Below, one piece after another: positions 8,458-16,712 of a stretch of DNA of 27,056 nucleotides. This stretch comes from Thermofilaceae archaeon (GTDB taxonomy: Archaea; Thermoproteota; Thermoprotei; Thermofilales; B69-G16). Position numbers and translations under genes: made by a program. Positions within the stretch are counted from its first letter, which is position 1. Every line of letters starts with the position of its first letter. The stretch covers positions 1 through 27,056 of the forward strand of contig JALURF010000105.1 in assembly GCA_027017165.1 (NCBI GenBank), written 5' to 3'. Under the pieces are notes generated by a model that made no database searches, had not been told where the DNA came from, and was given only the letters and a program-made list of their open reading frames with translations.

Positions 8458-8467
8458 TATTAAGTTT
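8458..8467 (-). promoter_or_regulatory. TATA element of tRNA-Thr (AAACTTAATA)
   Basis: Variant of the tRNA-Leu/Gly promoter motif, 25 nt from the tRNA start. Confidence 0.65.
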
Positions 8468-8482
8468 ACCCATAACGTTGGT

Positions 8483-9490
8483 TTAAAGTATTTGAAGCGC
8501 CTTGTGAAAGTCGTATTTTTCTATTTCGCCGTGAAGAACGTAATCTATCTCTCCTATTCCTATTATGGGTTTTTTAAAAACATCTTCGTTATCGATGTTT
8601 AAACGGGGGCAGGCCGTGTTAACGTATGCATCGAGGAAAGCGAGGTTTTCTAAGTTTTCGGGAGTTATTTCATCTAAAACTATTAAATAGGCTCTTCTAC
8701 CATGTTGTTCTATTTTTCGGCGAATTTCTAAAGCTTTTCCCATGGCGTATTGACCCGGCTTTATAGAGATTATTACGCCGAAATTCTCGGCATCTAATGC
8801 CTTAGATAAATTGTATAGATGCCTAGCCATAATCCTCTTAGCTATAGGCTCAATATCGATTATCCTACCAGCGTAGGGATCTAGTATAAAGGTCTTAATT
8901 CCCGTTTTCAAGTACACTCCGAGTCCATGAAAGAAACCGCCAGCGACTACCAAGAAACAATTTACCTTGTCCGCTATGCTGGCAGCCGCTGAAACATCGC
9001 ACCCTATTATTTGGCCGGAATATGGAAGATTCCCTGCTCCTATCAAAACTTTATATCCCTTTTCCTCTAGGCTTTTTTTGATATCGTTCAGTCGATTTAT
9101 GTGTTGAAGGGAGGCGAGTAAGCCTACCGGCGTATAGTCGCGGAGTTTCTCGATTTCTCCTTCTAGCACATCTACTATCTCTACTTTCGCAAACGCGGGA
9201 ACGAATAACACTTTAAAATCTCTGGGAATGCGTACTCTTACTGGGCCGTGATGGCCTATATGTATGATATGTTTAACGCCCAAAGCATCCGCTTCCTGTA
9301 GCGCTATATCGCAACCTCCCCAGGTGTGGCTTCCCGAAATATAAGCGCTAGTGATTTTAGATAATGAATCTAGCAATTCCTTTAGATGGGGTTTTATACC
9401 GTCCGGTGCCTGAACCAGGACTTTATCAACCTTTTCATCTAAAACCCACTTTACTATTCGTGGAATATCGATTTCGTAGCTCTCCATCAA
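8483..9490 (-). CDS. dph2: Diphthamide biosynthesis radical enzyme Dph2
   Basis: VLVQAPDGIK, HTWGGCD, HIGH, GQIIGCD, KPGQ and NTACPR, giving three Fe-S cysteines. Confidence 0.95.
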   Translation of the reverse strand: MMESYEIDIPRIVKWVLDEKVDKVLVQAPDGIKPHLKELLDSLSKITSAYISGSHTWGGCDIALQEADALGVKHIIHIGHHGPVRVRIPRDFKVLFVPAFAKVEIVDVLEGEIEKLRDYTPVGLLASLQHINRLNDIKKSLEEKGYKVLIGAGNLPYSGQIIGCDVSAAASIADKVNCFLVVAGGFFHGLGVYLKTGIKTFILDPYAGRIIDIEPIAKRIMARHLYNLSKALDAENFGVIISIKPGQYAMGKALEIRRKIEQHGRRAYLIVLDEITPENLENLAFLDAYVNTACPRLNIDNEDVFKKPIIGIGEIDYVLHGEIEKYDFHKALQIL

Positions 9491-9543
9491 CGGTATTGAG
9501 CAAATATCCTTTATATAGTCTCCCCGAAAAATAAGTGAGTTAA

Positions 9544-10368
9544 ATGGTCGATAGTTTGCTCAGAGAGACTAAGGCTATCCTTAAAAGATACGGGGTTAGG
9601 CCTAGGAAGAGGCTGTCGCAGCATTTCCTAGTGGATAAGAAGCTTTTAGACACTATTGTTGAGAGTCTTGAACTCTCCGGTAAGGAGGTTATTTTGGAAA
9701 TAGGAGCCGGTATAGGTACGGTTACTAGAGCTATCGCCGAGAGAGCTTCTAAAGTTATAGCTGTAGAAGTCGATAAGCGGCTCATCCATATTTTAGAGCA
9801 GGAGCTGGCTTCATTAAGTAATGTCGAGATTATTTCAGGAGATTTTCTAAAAATGGAAATGCCTAAAGTTGATAGAGTTTTTTCGAATACTCCCTTTTCC
9901 ATATCCTCCCCCCTCCTCTTTAAACTGCTCGAGAAGCCTAGCTATGACTTTGCAGTATTATCATTTCAGAAAGAATTCGTAGAGAGGCTTAAAGCAAAGC
10001 CCGGAACACGGGATTACGGAAGGCTAACTGTGTCTTTCCAGTTAAGAGCCAGAATGGAAGCAATAGCCTACATGCCTAAGAGAGCTTTTTACCCGATGCC
10101 CGAAGTCGACGCGGTATTAATCAAAGTGTATCCTTTCAGAGATTTATCTTTAAATACCAGCGTCCTAGACGATATGCTCAGATTCCTCTTCTCCCGCAGG
10201 AGGAAAAAGGTATACCGGGTTTTGGAGGAGTATATTGAACTAAGAGGGTATAAGATAGAAGCGAAAAGCCTTTTACCAAAAATAGGGGTTCACGAGGAGA
10301 AGAGGGTTTACCAGGTATCTCCTGAAGAATTTAAAGCAATAACAGAAGAGATCGTGGCTCACTTATAG
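9544..10368 (+). CDS. rsmA: 16S rRNA m6,2A dimethyltransferase (KsgA/Dim1)
   Basis: LSQHFL, LEIGAGIGT, SNTPFSIS, QKEF, YGRLTV and FYPMPEVD motifs. Confidence 0.95.
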   Translation: MVDSLLRETKAILKRYGVRPRKRLSQHFLVDKKLLDTIVESLELSGKEVILEIGAGIGTVTRAIAERASKVIAVEVDKRLIHILEQELASLSNVEIISGDFLKMEMPKVDRVFSNTPFSISSPLLFKLLEKPSYDFAVLSFQKEFVERLKAKPGTRDYGRLTVSFQLRARMEAIAYMPKRAFYPMPEVDAVLIKVYPFRDLSLNTSVLDDMLRFLFSRRRKKVYRVLEEYIELRGYKIEAKSLLPKIGVHEEKRVYQVSPEEFKAITEEIVAHL

Positions 10369-10673
10369 GGTATACGGGTTATACGCCCACATACGTGACA
10401 TTTTATCACTACATGCGGCTGCCGCCTAGTTCTCAGCCTAACGGTAGCGTTCACACCGGGCCATAGATAGCTTTTACAGTATTTGCATATTCTCCGTTTA
10501 TACTTCCTAGGCAGCCTCACTCTGGCTGCTCTAGCAATCCTTAAAGCTAAATCCACGTATTTCTGCGCTAACTCTGGTTCTCGATGAAATGCTTCTTCAG
10601 CCTTCCGAAATAATATGTCGATGCGCTGCCGGGCTAGATCTCTTACAAAAAACTTTTTCCAGCGGCTAGCCAT
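10359..10673 (-). CDS. rnp4: RNase P protein component 4 (Rpp21)
   Basis: LARQRIDILF...KRRICKYC...GVNATVRL...VIKCHVCG zinc ribbon. Confidence 0.93.
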   Translation of the reverse strand: MASRWKKFFVRDLARQRIDILFRKAEEAFHREPELAQKYVDLALRIARAARVRLPRKYKRRICKYCKSYLWPGVNATVRLRTRRQPHVVIKCHVCGRITRIPYK

Positions 10674-10683
10674 AATATAGCCA

Positions 10684-11388
10684 ATGGAAAAGCTCTATAT
10701 ACTCTTTGCTGAAGCAGGTCTAGAACTAGTTCCGAGAGAGATATGGCGCCATCCGGCAGTTAGAGCATCCGCTGAGAGGAGGAAAAAGAAGCCAGGGAAG
10801 ATACTGCTGGATATTTCTCTACACTATCAAGCCGCTAAAAAACTTAGAGACTTTAGGAAGAGAGGGCGGCCGGACATAATTCACTTTTGTTTGTTAATGG
10901 CGCTTGGCTCGCCTCTATGCAGAGCGGGCAAGCTACTACCCATAGTCCATACGTATCAGAACGATGTTATATGGATAAATCCCGAGGTCAGATTGCCGAG
11001 GAACTACAACAGGTTTATCGGATTGATGGAACAGCTTCTTACTACTGGTAGAGTTCCCCCGAAAAGCGATCAACCTCTTCTATCTATAATAGGGCATGAC
11101 ATTGCTGAAGTAATCGAATCTTATAACCCTTCACAAATATTTCTGTTGAGCGAGAAAGGCGAATTTTTCCCTCCACCGCTGCTCGCTAGAGAAGTGGCTC
11201 AATACCCTAAGCCTATGGTGGTTATAGGAGCTTTTCAAGCCGGAGATTTCTCTGAAAAAGTCAGGAGTATCGCCGATAGAGAAGTTTCGATAAGTAAATA
11301 TGTTCTAGACGCATGGGTAGCCACAGCCGAGCTCATATGCGCGGTTGAAAATGCCATTGGAATACACGGTGGTGAAGTTGAAGATTAA
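10684..11388 (+). CDS. nep1: 16S rRNA N1-pseudouridine methyltransferase Nep1/Emg1
   Basis: RGRPDIIH, RLPRNYNRFIGLMEQLL and IGAFQAGDF motifs. Confidence 0.95.
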   Translation: MEKLYILFAEAGLELVPREIWRHPAVRASAERRKKKPGKILLDISLHYQAAKKLRDFRKRGRPDIIHFCLLMALGSPLCRAGKLLPIVHTYQNDVIWINPEVRLPRNYNRFIGLMEQLLTTGRVPPKSDQPLLSIIGHDIAEVIESYNPSQIFLLSEKGEFFPPPLLAREVAQYPKPMVVIGAFQAGDFSEKVRSIADREVSISKYVLDAWVATAELICAVENAIGIHGGEVED

Positions 11389-12457
11389 AGAACTTAACAT
11401 TGAGGAAAAAACCATAGAATTATTGCTGGAGGATAGAGAAGACCTTTACTACCTAGCACTAATACTCGATAAAGGCGATATTGTCTATTCTTGGACTTGG
11501 CGTCAAATAAAAATCGATAAAGGCGCTGGAAAAGTCGAGAGAGGAGAAAGAGTCAAAGTCTACATAGGGATTCAAGTCGAAAAAATCGAATTTCAGAAAT
11601 TTACAGATCGATTACGGATACTCGGCAAGGTAGTCGAAGCACCGGAATATCTTCACATAAAAGGACGCTACCACACCATTTCTCTACACCCTATAACAGA
11701 GATAAAAATCATCAAAAGGGAGTTGCGCCAGCTGTATCTAAAGTTGATAGATGAAGCCGTAAGGAGGACTTATAGAAATCTATTAATCTGTCTAGGCGAC
11801 CAAGAAGCGGTCTTCGGAGTTTTGAGTAGAGGAGGTATAGAAATCGTATCAACTCTGCCATCTCAAATCGCCCGAAAAGCCGATTCTAAAAAACGGTCTT
11901 ATATGGACGAATACCGGGAATATTTCTCCGCTGTTATGAGCGAAATCGAGAAATTTCTGAAAAGAGGGCATTACGATAGGGTTATATTGGCGGCGCCGCG
12001 TTTTCTACAAGAGCTTTTTCGGAACTTTCTCTCAGAAAAGTATAGAAGGTTACTGAACTTGATGATCTTCCTAAATGTTGAGGAAGGAGGCACGGCCGGA
12101 ATTTATGAATTAGTGAGAAGAGAGGAGTTATCAAAACTGGCAAAAGAGCTCAGGCTAGACTACGAGAAAAAGCTCGTAGAAAATATTTTTACATTACTGG
12201 AGAGGGAGAATAAACGCTTAGCTATCGGATTAAAAGAAGTATCGCAAGCGGCTAAACTCGGAGCTGTTCAAAAACTCCTGGTGATGGATACGAGATTTAT
12301 CGAGCTAAAAGAAACGGAGGAGCTATCTGAGATATTAGAAGATGTTGAGAAGAGCGGCGGGGAGATAGTGATAATATCCAGCGAGTACGAGCATGGAATG
12401 AAGTTGAAATCGCTCGGAGGCATAGCAGCCTTCCTGTACTTCCCATTGGCTAAATAG
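11372..12457 (+). CDS. pelA: mRNA surveillance protein Pelota
   Basis: EDLYYLALILDKGD, RLRILGKV, GRYHTI and LKSLGGIAAFL motifs. Start estimated at GTG 11372, overlapping the nep1 3' end. Confidence 0.94.
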   Translation: MKLKIKELNIEEKTIELLLEDREDLYYLALILDKGDIVYSWTWRQIKIDKGAGKVERGERVKVYIGIQVEKIEFQKFTDRLRILGKVVEAPEYLHIKGRYHTISLHPITEIKIIKRELRQLYLKLIDEAVRRTYRNLLICLGDQEAVFGVLSRGGIEIVSTLPSQIARKADSKKRSYMDEYREYFSAVMSEIEKFLKRGHYDRVILAAPRFLQELFRNFLSEKYRRLLNLMIFLNVEEGGTAGIYELVRREELSKLAKELRLDYEKKLVENIFTLLERENKRLAIGLKEVSQAAKLGAVQKLLVMDTRFIELKETEELSEILEDVEKSGGEIVIISSEYEHGMKLKSLGGIAAFLYFPLAK

Positions 12458-13148
12458 AGAGTTTACGCCTAAACATGGGATTTCGAAGAGCTATTTCTCT
12501 AGCGGCCTCACCTATACTAGCCTCTGGATGTAGCTCCTTGCGCACGAATACGCCTGTTCTACCCTTTTCATCGCGGCGCGTCAGAATATAAATTCTCTCT
12601 TTTATGATGTCCAGAGAGACTCCTAGAATACCGGCTACTTCGAGTTCTCTCCCTATGATCGAATACTCTATATGCCCATCTTCTACGGGAATAATAACTA
12701 AAAGTTTCTTATTTACGCCTGGAACCCTAATATCTCGTTTGACGCCGTTTAGCCCGATTTCTCCACCAAATCTATAGAATTCCCGTTCAAGTCTCGACAG
12801 TTTTGAAAGAGGGAAGGTAACTAGTGTTTTTTCATCCAGATATATGCTGGCTTTTATCGCGTGTTTAGGAGTTGCTTGCGCTATTTCCTTCTTTAAAAAG
12901 CGGAACCCCGCCCATTCTAAAGCCTGTTCCACGAGAAGAGGATTCACCAGGTACGGTATTACTATATCAACATCGCTATCTTCATGAATATCTCCTCTAG
13001 CTACGCTTCCATGTACGATAGGATCAAAACCGAATTTAACTAATGATGACATAACATCCAGAGCTTTCTGCCTTAGATCATAGAATATCCTCCAATGATG
13101 CTCGTCGTACCTTACGTATTTCTCATCTTTCCATTTTACAACCTTCAT
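12450..13148 (-). CDS. Predicted Pol-beta-superfamily nucleotidyltransferase (COG2413-like)
   Basis: VHGSVARGD...SDVDIV motif, plus QATPKHAIKA, EFYRFGG, RVPGVNKKL and RRDEKGRTGVF. Confidence 0.85.
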   Translation of the reverse strand: MKVVKWKDEKYVRYDEHHWRIFYDLRQKALDVMSSLVKFGFDPIVHGSVARGDIHEDSDVDIVIPYLVNPLLVEQALEWAGFRFLKKEIAQATPKHAIKASIYLDEKTLVTFPLSKLSRLEREFYRFGGEIGLNGVKRDIRVPGVNKKLLVIIPVEDGHIEYSIIGRELEVAGILGVSLDIIKERIYILTRRDEKGRTGVFVRKELHPEASIGEAAREIALRNPMFRRKLSI

Positions 13149-13149
13149 T

Positions 13150-13512
13150 TTACCTCGATAATCTCCTAATCTTCTCTAATGCATCTAAGAGGCCTATTAG
13201 AATAGCTGTTATTAGCCTAAGCTCCTCCAAATCATCCGACAATCTAAGCCTGCCATCTAACTCATGAAGCTTAGCCGCAATAGTTCTCTCTAGACTACTT
13301 ACAGCTACCTCGCTAAAAACTCTGGCCTCCTCAGCCTCACTACTCACTATGAATACCCTTTTATTACACTTAGGGCACATAATCTCTCCAGTTCTGAGCT
13401 TGAAAAGCGGTGTACTACAGACTGGACAAACCTTATCCATCATTGTCGAGCCTTCTTTCAGGAGTTCCGCCATCTTCTTTATCAAGCCTTCTTCTCCCAA
13501 AGCATACACCAT
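13150..13512 (-). CDS. UPF0148 / Sjogren autoantigen-1 family zinc-finger protein
   Basis: KKMAELLKEGSTMMDKVCPVCSTPLF...CPKC followed by a coiled-coil tail. Confidence 0.88.
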   Translation of the reverse strand: MVYALGEEGLIKKMAELLKEGSTMMDKVCPVCSTPLFKLRTGEIMCPKCNKRVFIVSSEAEEARVFSEVAVSSLERTIAAKLHELDGRLRLSDDLEELRLITAILIGLLDALEKIRRLSR

Positions 13513-13559
13513 GGATGCTCTTATATGCTTAAAAATAACTTCAGTACTATTTTAATATC

Positions 13560-14129
13560 ATGAATAAAAATGTAGAGTTGAAAACAGTATATATAGAACA
13601 TGAATCAAGCTACATCGAAGTATGTCCTTACTGTAGGGAGAAGAGTTTGGAGATTAGAGAAGTTGTGCATCGGCAGCCTTATCTCGGGAGAACGCTTATA
13701 GTTTCTAAAAATTGTAAAAAATGTGGTTTTAAAAAGACAGAAATGGTACCGCTTAATCCTAGAAAGAGGAGAATTGTAGCGTTTAAAATGGGCGGACGAG
13801 AAGATTTGCATGTTAAAATATTGAGAACGAGCACGGCCACCGTACTGTTACCGGAATTGGGAGCTGTAATAGATCCGGGAATAGATGCTCCATATTTTAT
13901 AACAAATGTAGAGGGGCTCTTAAGTCGGATAGAAGATGCCTTGGAACGAATAAGAGTACTTAAAATAAGCCAAGAGGGTGAAGGTGAAATTGTTAAAATT
14001 AAAAGGCTTATAAGAGAAATTAAAGAAGGGAGGCGCGGTCTGACCATTATAATAGATGACCCCACCGGATTAAGCGATATATTCGCTCCCCCCGGCAAAG
14101 TAATAAGAGAATACGTAGAAGGCCGCTAA
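13560..14129 (+). CDS. ZPR1 zinc-finger protein
   Basis: CPYC...CKKCGFK, PELGAVIDPG, TNVEGLL and IIDDPTG motifs. Confidence 0.92.
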   Translation: MNKNVELKTVYIEHESSYIEVCPYCREKSLEIREVVHRQPYLGRTLIVSKNCKKCGFKKTEMVPLNPRKRRIVAFKMGGREDLHVKILRTSTATVLLPELGAVIDPGIDAPYFITNVEGLLSRIEDALERIRVLKISQEGEGEIVKIKRLIREIKEGRRGLTIIIDDPTGLSDIFAPPGKVIREYVEGR

Positions 14130-14286
14130 TTGACAGGTGCCGCTGAGCTTTTAGAATCCCTAAGCACTTTATCTTATAGGCAATGACGAAAAGGGACCTC
14201 TCTGAAATTTGATGAAGCCAATTTGCACTGAGCCCTAAAATAGGCTTTAGAGAGATTAGGATTATGTAAGCACCTCGGGACTCCAC
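14130..14286 (-). pseudogene. Possible remnant of a DUF123/GIY-YIG-like gene
   Basis: Fragments in two frames, GAYIILISL / VQIGFIKFQRG / ...RHLS, resemble the DUF123 N-terminus. The GTG start overlaps the end of the DUF1152 pseudogene. Similarity is weak. Confidence 0.3.
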
Positions 14287-15125
14287 TTCTTTTTCAATAG
14301 TTTTTCAAGCGCCTTTCTCCAATTAATAATTCCTTTCCTTTTCCCAGCTTTCCTGTTTCTCGCGGCTTTTTCTACAGCTTTGACATTTCTCCTCTTGCGG
14401 GCGGTCATGCAGAAAGTATTGATAGAGCACGCCTTAACAGGATCCACTATAAATATAAACCCGTGGTATGGTTCGACCCTAAACACGCCATTGAAGTATG
14501 CAACTCTATACCTATTTTCTCCAAACCTGCCTTTAAGTGCATCGAGATATACATTTAGCAAAAAGAAGGGACTCTCGTGCAGAGATATTCCGCATATGTA
14601 AGATATTCGGATAAGATATTCCTCGGCGGCTTATACGCGCCATAATACCCACCCGCTGCCGCTATTTCCAACAAGTTTTCCACCAAAAGGGGAATAGGTA
14701 TTACTCCTCCAAACTCAGCGCCAAGATTACCGACGCCTAAAACGTGTTTAAACCGAGTTCCTTCTTGACTTCGGCCAACACGGCTAAACCAATAGCATCG
14801 CTTACGGGACTTCCAAGATCCGGTTCATCTCCTCTAATAATGACATCCCCGCCGAAGTCAACGCTTATGATATAATTGATATCTTTCTCTTCTACAAGAA
14901 TCCTTAACCCCTCTAAAATCTCATCGAGATTTTCTTCAAGGCAGGCTACATACGCCTCCCAACCAAGAGAAGCAATACGCGCTTTGGTTTTTCGATATAT
15001 TTGACGCGAGTCCTAACAATCCCCAGTATAGCTACTTTTTTCTTCATTTTCCTTTGAATGTGTAACGCTAGAGATAAAGCCCCGGCACTATCTTCCCCTT
15101 CTCCCACTCCACCAACGAGAAACAT
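14262..15125 (-). pseudogene. DUF1152-family pseudogene with three frame disruptions
   Basis: Four fragments: MFLVGGVGEGED...; ARIAS...VDFGGDVIIRGDEPDLGSPVSDAIGLAVL; LGVGNLGAEFGG...; LLNVYLDALKG... Frame breaks fall near 14990, 14745 and 14560. Confidence 0.8.
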
Positions 15126-15283
15126 GATATCACGCTTTAAATTCTCGGCTCTCTCACTTGAAATCCTAAATAAAAACGTTTTCCGTAGCAGTAGACTATT
15201 CCTAGCTATTGTCGACTCTAATCTTAACTTCTCCAATAAAGAGGATAAGCAGGGTACGCCGGGGGTGGGATTCGAACCCACGA

Positions 15284-15312
15284 TTGGGCCCATCGGGCAT
15301 ATACCCGGCGGT
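15284..15312 (-). other. tRNA-Asn intron (46/47), 29 nt
   Basis: ACCGCCGGGTATATGCCCGATGGGCCCAA. Central helix GGGC/GCCC, bulges GG^A and AA^T. Confidence 0.88.
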
Positions 15313-15336
15313 CCGCCCGGTTAACAGCCGGGCGCT

Positions 15337-15350
15337 ATTGGATTTTTTAT
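15337..15350 (-). other. tRNA-Asn intron (22/23), 14 nt
   Basis: ATAAAAAATCCAAT. Central helix TGGA/TCCA, bulges AG^A and AT^A. Confidence 0.85.
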
Positions 15351-15412
15351 CTTCCAGGCTGAGCTACCCCGGCGTTATATGATAAACTATGATGGTTTTA
15401 TTAATTTAATGG

Positions 15413-15468
15413 TGATCAGTAAAGACCAATGCGGTCATTTATCCTCCTGACGTGCATTCATCATCTCA
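15413..15468 (-). ncRNA. Box C/D methylation-guide sRNA
   Basis: Box C ATGATGA (15464-15458), 12-nt guide ATGCACGTCAGG, D' AGGA, C'-like ATGACC, guide GCATTGGTCTTTA, box D CTGA (15419-15416). Spacing is canonical. Confidence 0.8.
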
Positions 15469-15474
15469 AGATTT

Positions 15475-15759
15475 CTAGGATATTTTCGCTAGTAATTGTT
15501 TTAAACTTATCTTCTCTTCTTCTCCAGTGTCTTTGTATATGATGACTATTTCTTCTATAGGTAGGCTGGCTATGGCTTGATGGGGATGTTTTGTTCCAAA
15601 GGCTCTAGTCCAATCTACGGTTCTTCCGTCGCGATCTTGACTCTTAATCATTTTCTCTATCACAAGTTGATAAGGGTACTGCTTAAATCTGAATACTATT
15701 TTGGCATTCGTTTTTTCAGCCCATTCTTTGAGTTTGAGTACCTCACGGTGGGTTAGCAT
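15475..15759 (-). CDS. Hypothetical protein (94 aa)
   Basis: Clean ORF with genome-typical composition, 32 nt downstream of rpo8. No family recognised. Confidence 0.75.
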   Translation of the reverse strand: MLTHREVLKLKEWAEKTNAKIVFRFKQYPYQLVIEKMIKSQDRDGRTVDWTRAFGTKHPHQAIASLPIEEIVIIYKDTGEEEKISLKQLLAKIS

Positions 15760-15791
15760 TTAAACCCGAGTATGTTGAAGGTTAGACTGAC

Positions 15792-16151
15792 TTAAGTTTT
15801 TCGTGTTTTAAACTTAAAAGCGAGGTATATTTTCTCTTTATTAGTGAGCTCTCTTAGCTCCGGATCTCTAATTCTTATTTGTAAACCACCAGCTGACGCG
15901 CAGAGAGTTTCCACATCGTCCTCTTTTTTTACATCAAATACCGTAGCTCTTAGAACTATATCCCACGGCTCTAGATCGGGTTTTTCTCCACTAACCAAAA
16001 CCTCAACATCGGAAATTTTAGAAGGGTCTATGTTGAGGTCTTCGAGGAGAATTGACGGAATTTCCACGGTTATTTTGCTTTCATCTTTAGAAAGAGTTAA
16101 AGTGTGTATATCCTCGTACTGATGTTTCTCGATTTTCTCGACTCGATACAT
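15792..16151 (-). CDS. rpo8: RNA polymerase subunit Rpo8 (RpoG)
   Basis: Beta-rich OB-type pattern with the CASAGGLQIRI (S-x-GGL) motif. GGAG RBS upstream. Confidence 0.75.
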   Translation of the reverse strand: MYRVEKIEKHQYEDIHTLTLSKDESKITVEIPSILLEDLNIDPSKISDVEVLVSGEKPDLEPWDIVLRATVFDVKKEDDVETLCASAGGLQIRIRDPELRELTNKEKIYLAFKFKTRKT

Positions 16152-16263
16152 AGCCGACTCCTCTCCTGGACCCAGTTAGTCTTCGAGCCGCCTCTATTTA
16201 TCAGTTGCGCGGAATTCGATAAATTTAAGTTCAAGTTAGATATTTAGCACAGAGGTGTGAAGC

Positions 16264-16704
16264 TTGAGCATAATAGACATCCCCTCGAGACGCTTCACCG
16301 CCGAATTTTCAGCAATGGTCGATAAGCTAGTGGCAGTAAGGACTAAAGACGGGAGAGAATACAACGGTAAGCTCATAGGTTACGAGTCGACTAACTATAG
16401 CATCGTTCTCTCCGACGCGAAAGATTCAGCTGGCAACGAATACCGCAGGATAATACTGTATGGAGATGTCATATCGGAGATATTTCTCATAGAAGAGCCA
16501 CTAGACCTGGGCGAATTGGCTAAAAGACTGGAAGAGCGTTTCCCAAAGATGGTGAAATACTATCCGGAATCTCGCGTTATAGTGGTCATGGACAGAATCA
16601 GAGTAACGGAAAGAGGAGTGGAAGGATCAGGTCCCGTGGCTGAAAGAGTTAAGGACATATTTGATGATTTCATTGCTAAGGCGAAAGCTAAGAAACTGGA
16701 ATGA
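16264..16704 (+). CDS. Sm-like archaeal protein with C-terminal extension (SmAP3)
   Basis: Sm fold (LVAVRTKDGREYNGKLIGY...IILYGDVISEI) plus the extension IVVMDRIRVTERGVEGSGPVAERV. Confidence 0.88.
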   Translation: MSIIDIPSRRFTAEFSAMVDKLVAVRTKDGREYNGKLIGYESTNYSIVLSDAKDSAGNEYRRIILYGDVISEIFLIEEPLDLGELAKRLEERFPKMVKYYPESRVIVVMDRIRVTERGVEGSGPVAERVKDIFDDFIAKAKAKKLE

Positions 16705-16712
16705 GATAGGTT

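Larger units (their letters stand above)
15257..15373 (-). tRNA. tRNA-Asn(GUU) with two non-canonical introns (22/23 and 46/47)
   Basis: GCCGGGG/CCCCGGC acceptor stem, discriminator G, CCCGG-CT-GTT-AA-CCGGG anticodon arm. D-stem GCTC/GAGC and variable loop CGGTC are restored after splicing. Confidence 0.93.

Noticed and set aside
9540-9902. Antisense 120-aa ORF
   Set aside because: Mirror of rsmA, with Ser/Ile-rich composition typical of reverse-frame shadows.
13349-14098. ORFs 13349-13555 (+), 13605-13811 (-) and 13679-14098 (-)
   Set aside because: Shadows of the UPF0148 and ZPR1 genes.
14582-14622. Three copies of AGATATTC
   Set aside because: Short, irregularly spaced, and explained by coding repeats (NIL/EYL/EYL) inside the DUF1152 pseudogene. 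Not a CRISPR or iteron array.
14946-15324. ORFs 14946-15293 (-) and 15058-15324 (+) as intact genes
   Set aside because: Both run into tRNA-Asn. Only the part from ATG 15125 belongs to the DUF1152 pseudogene.
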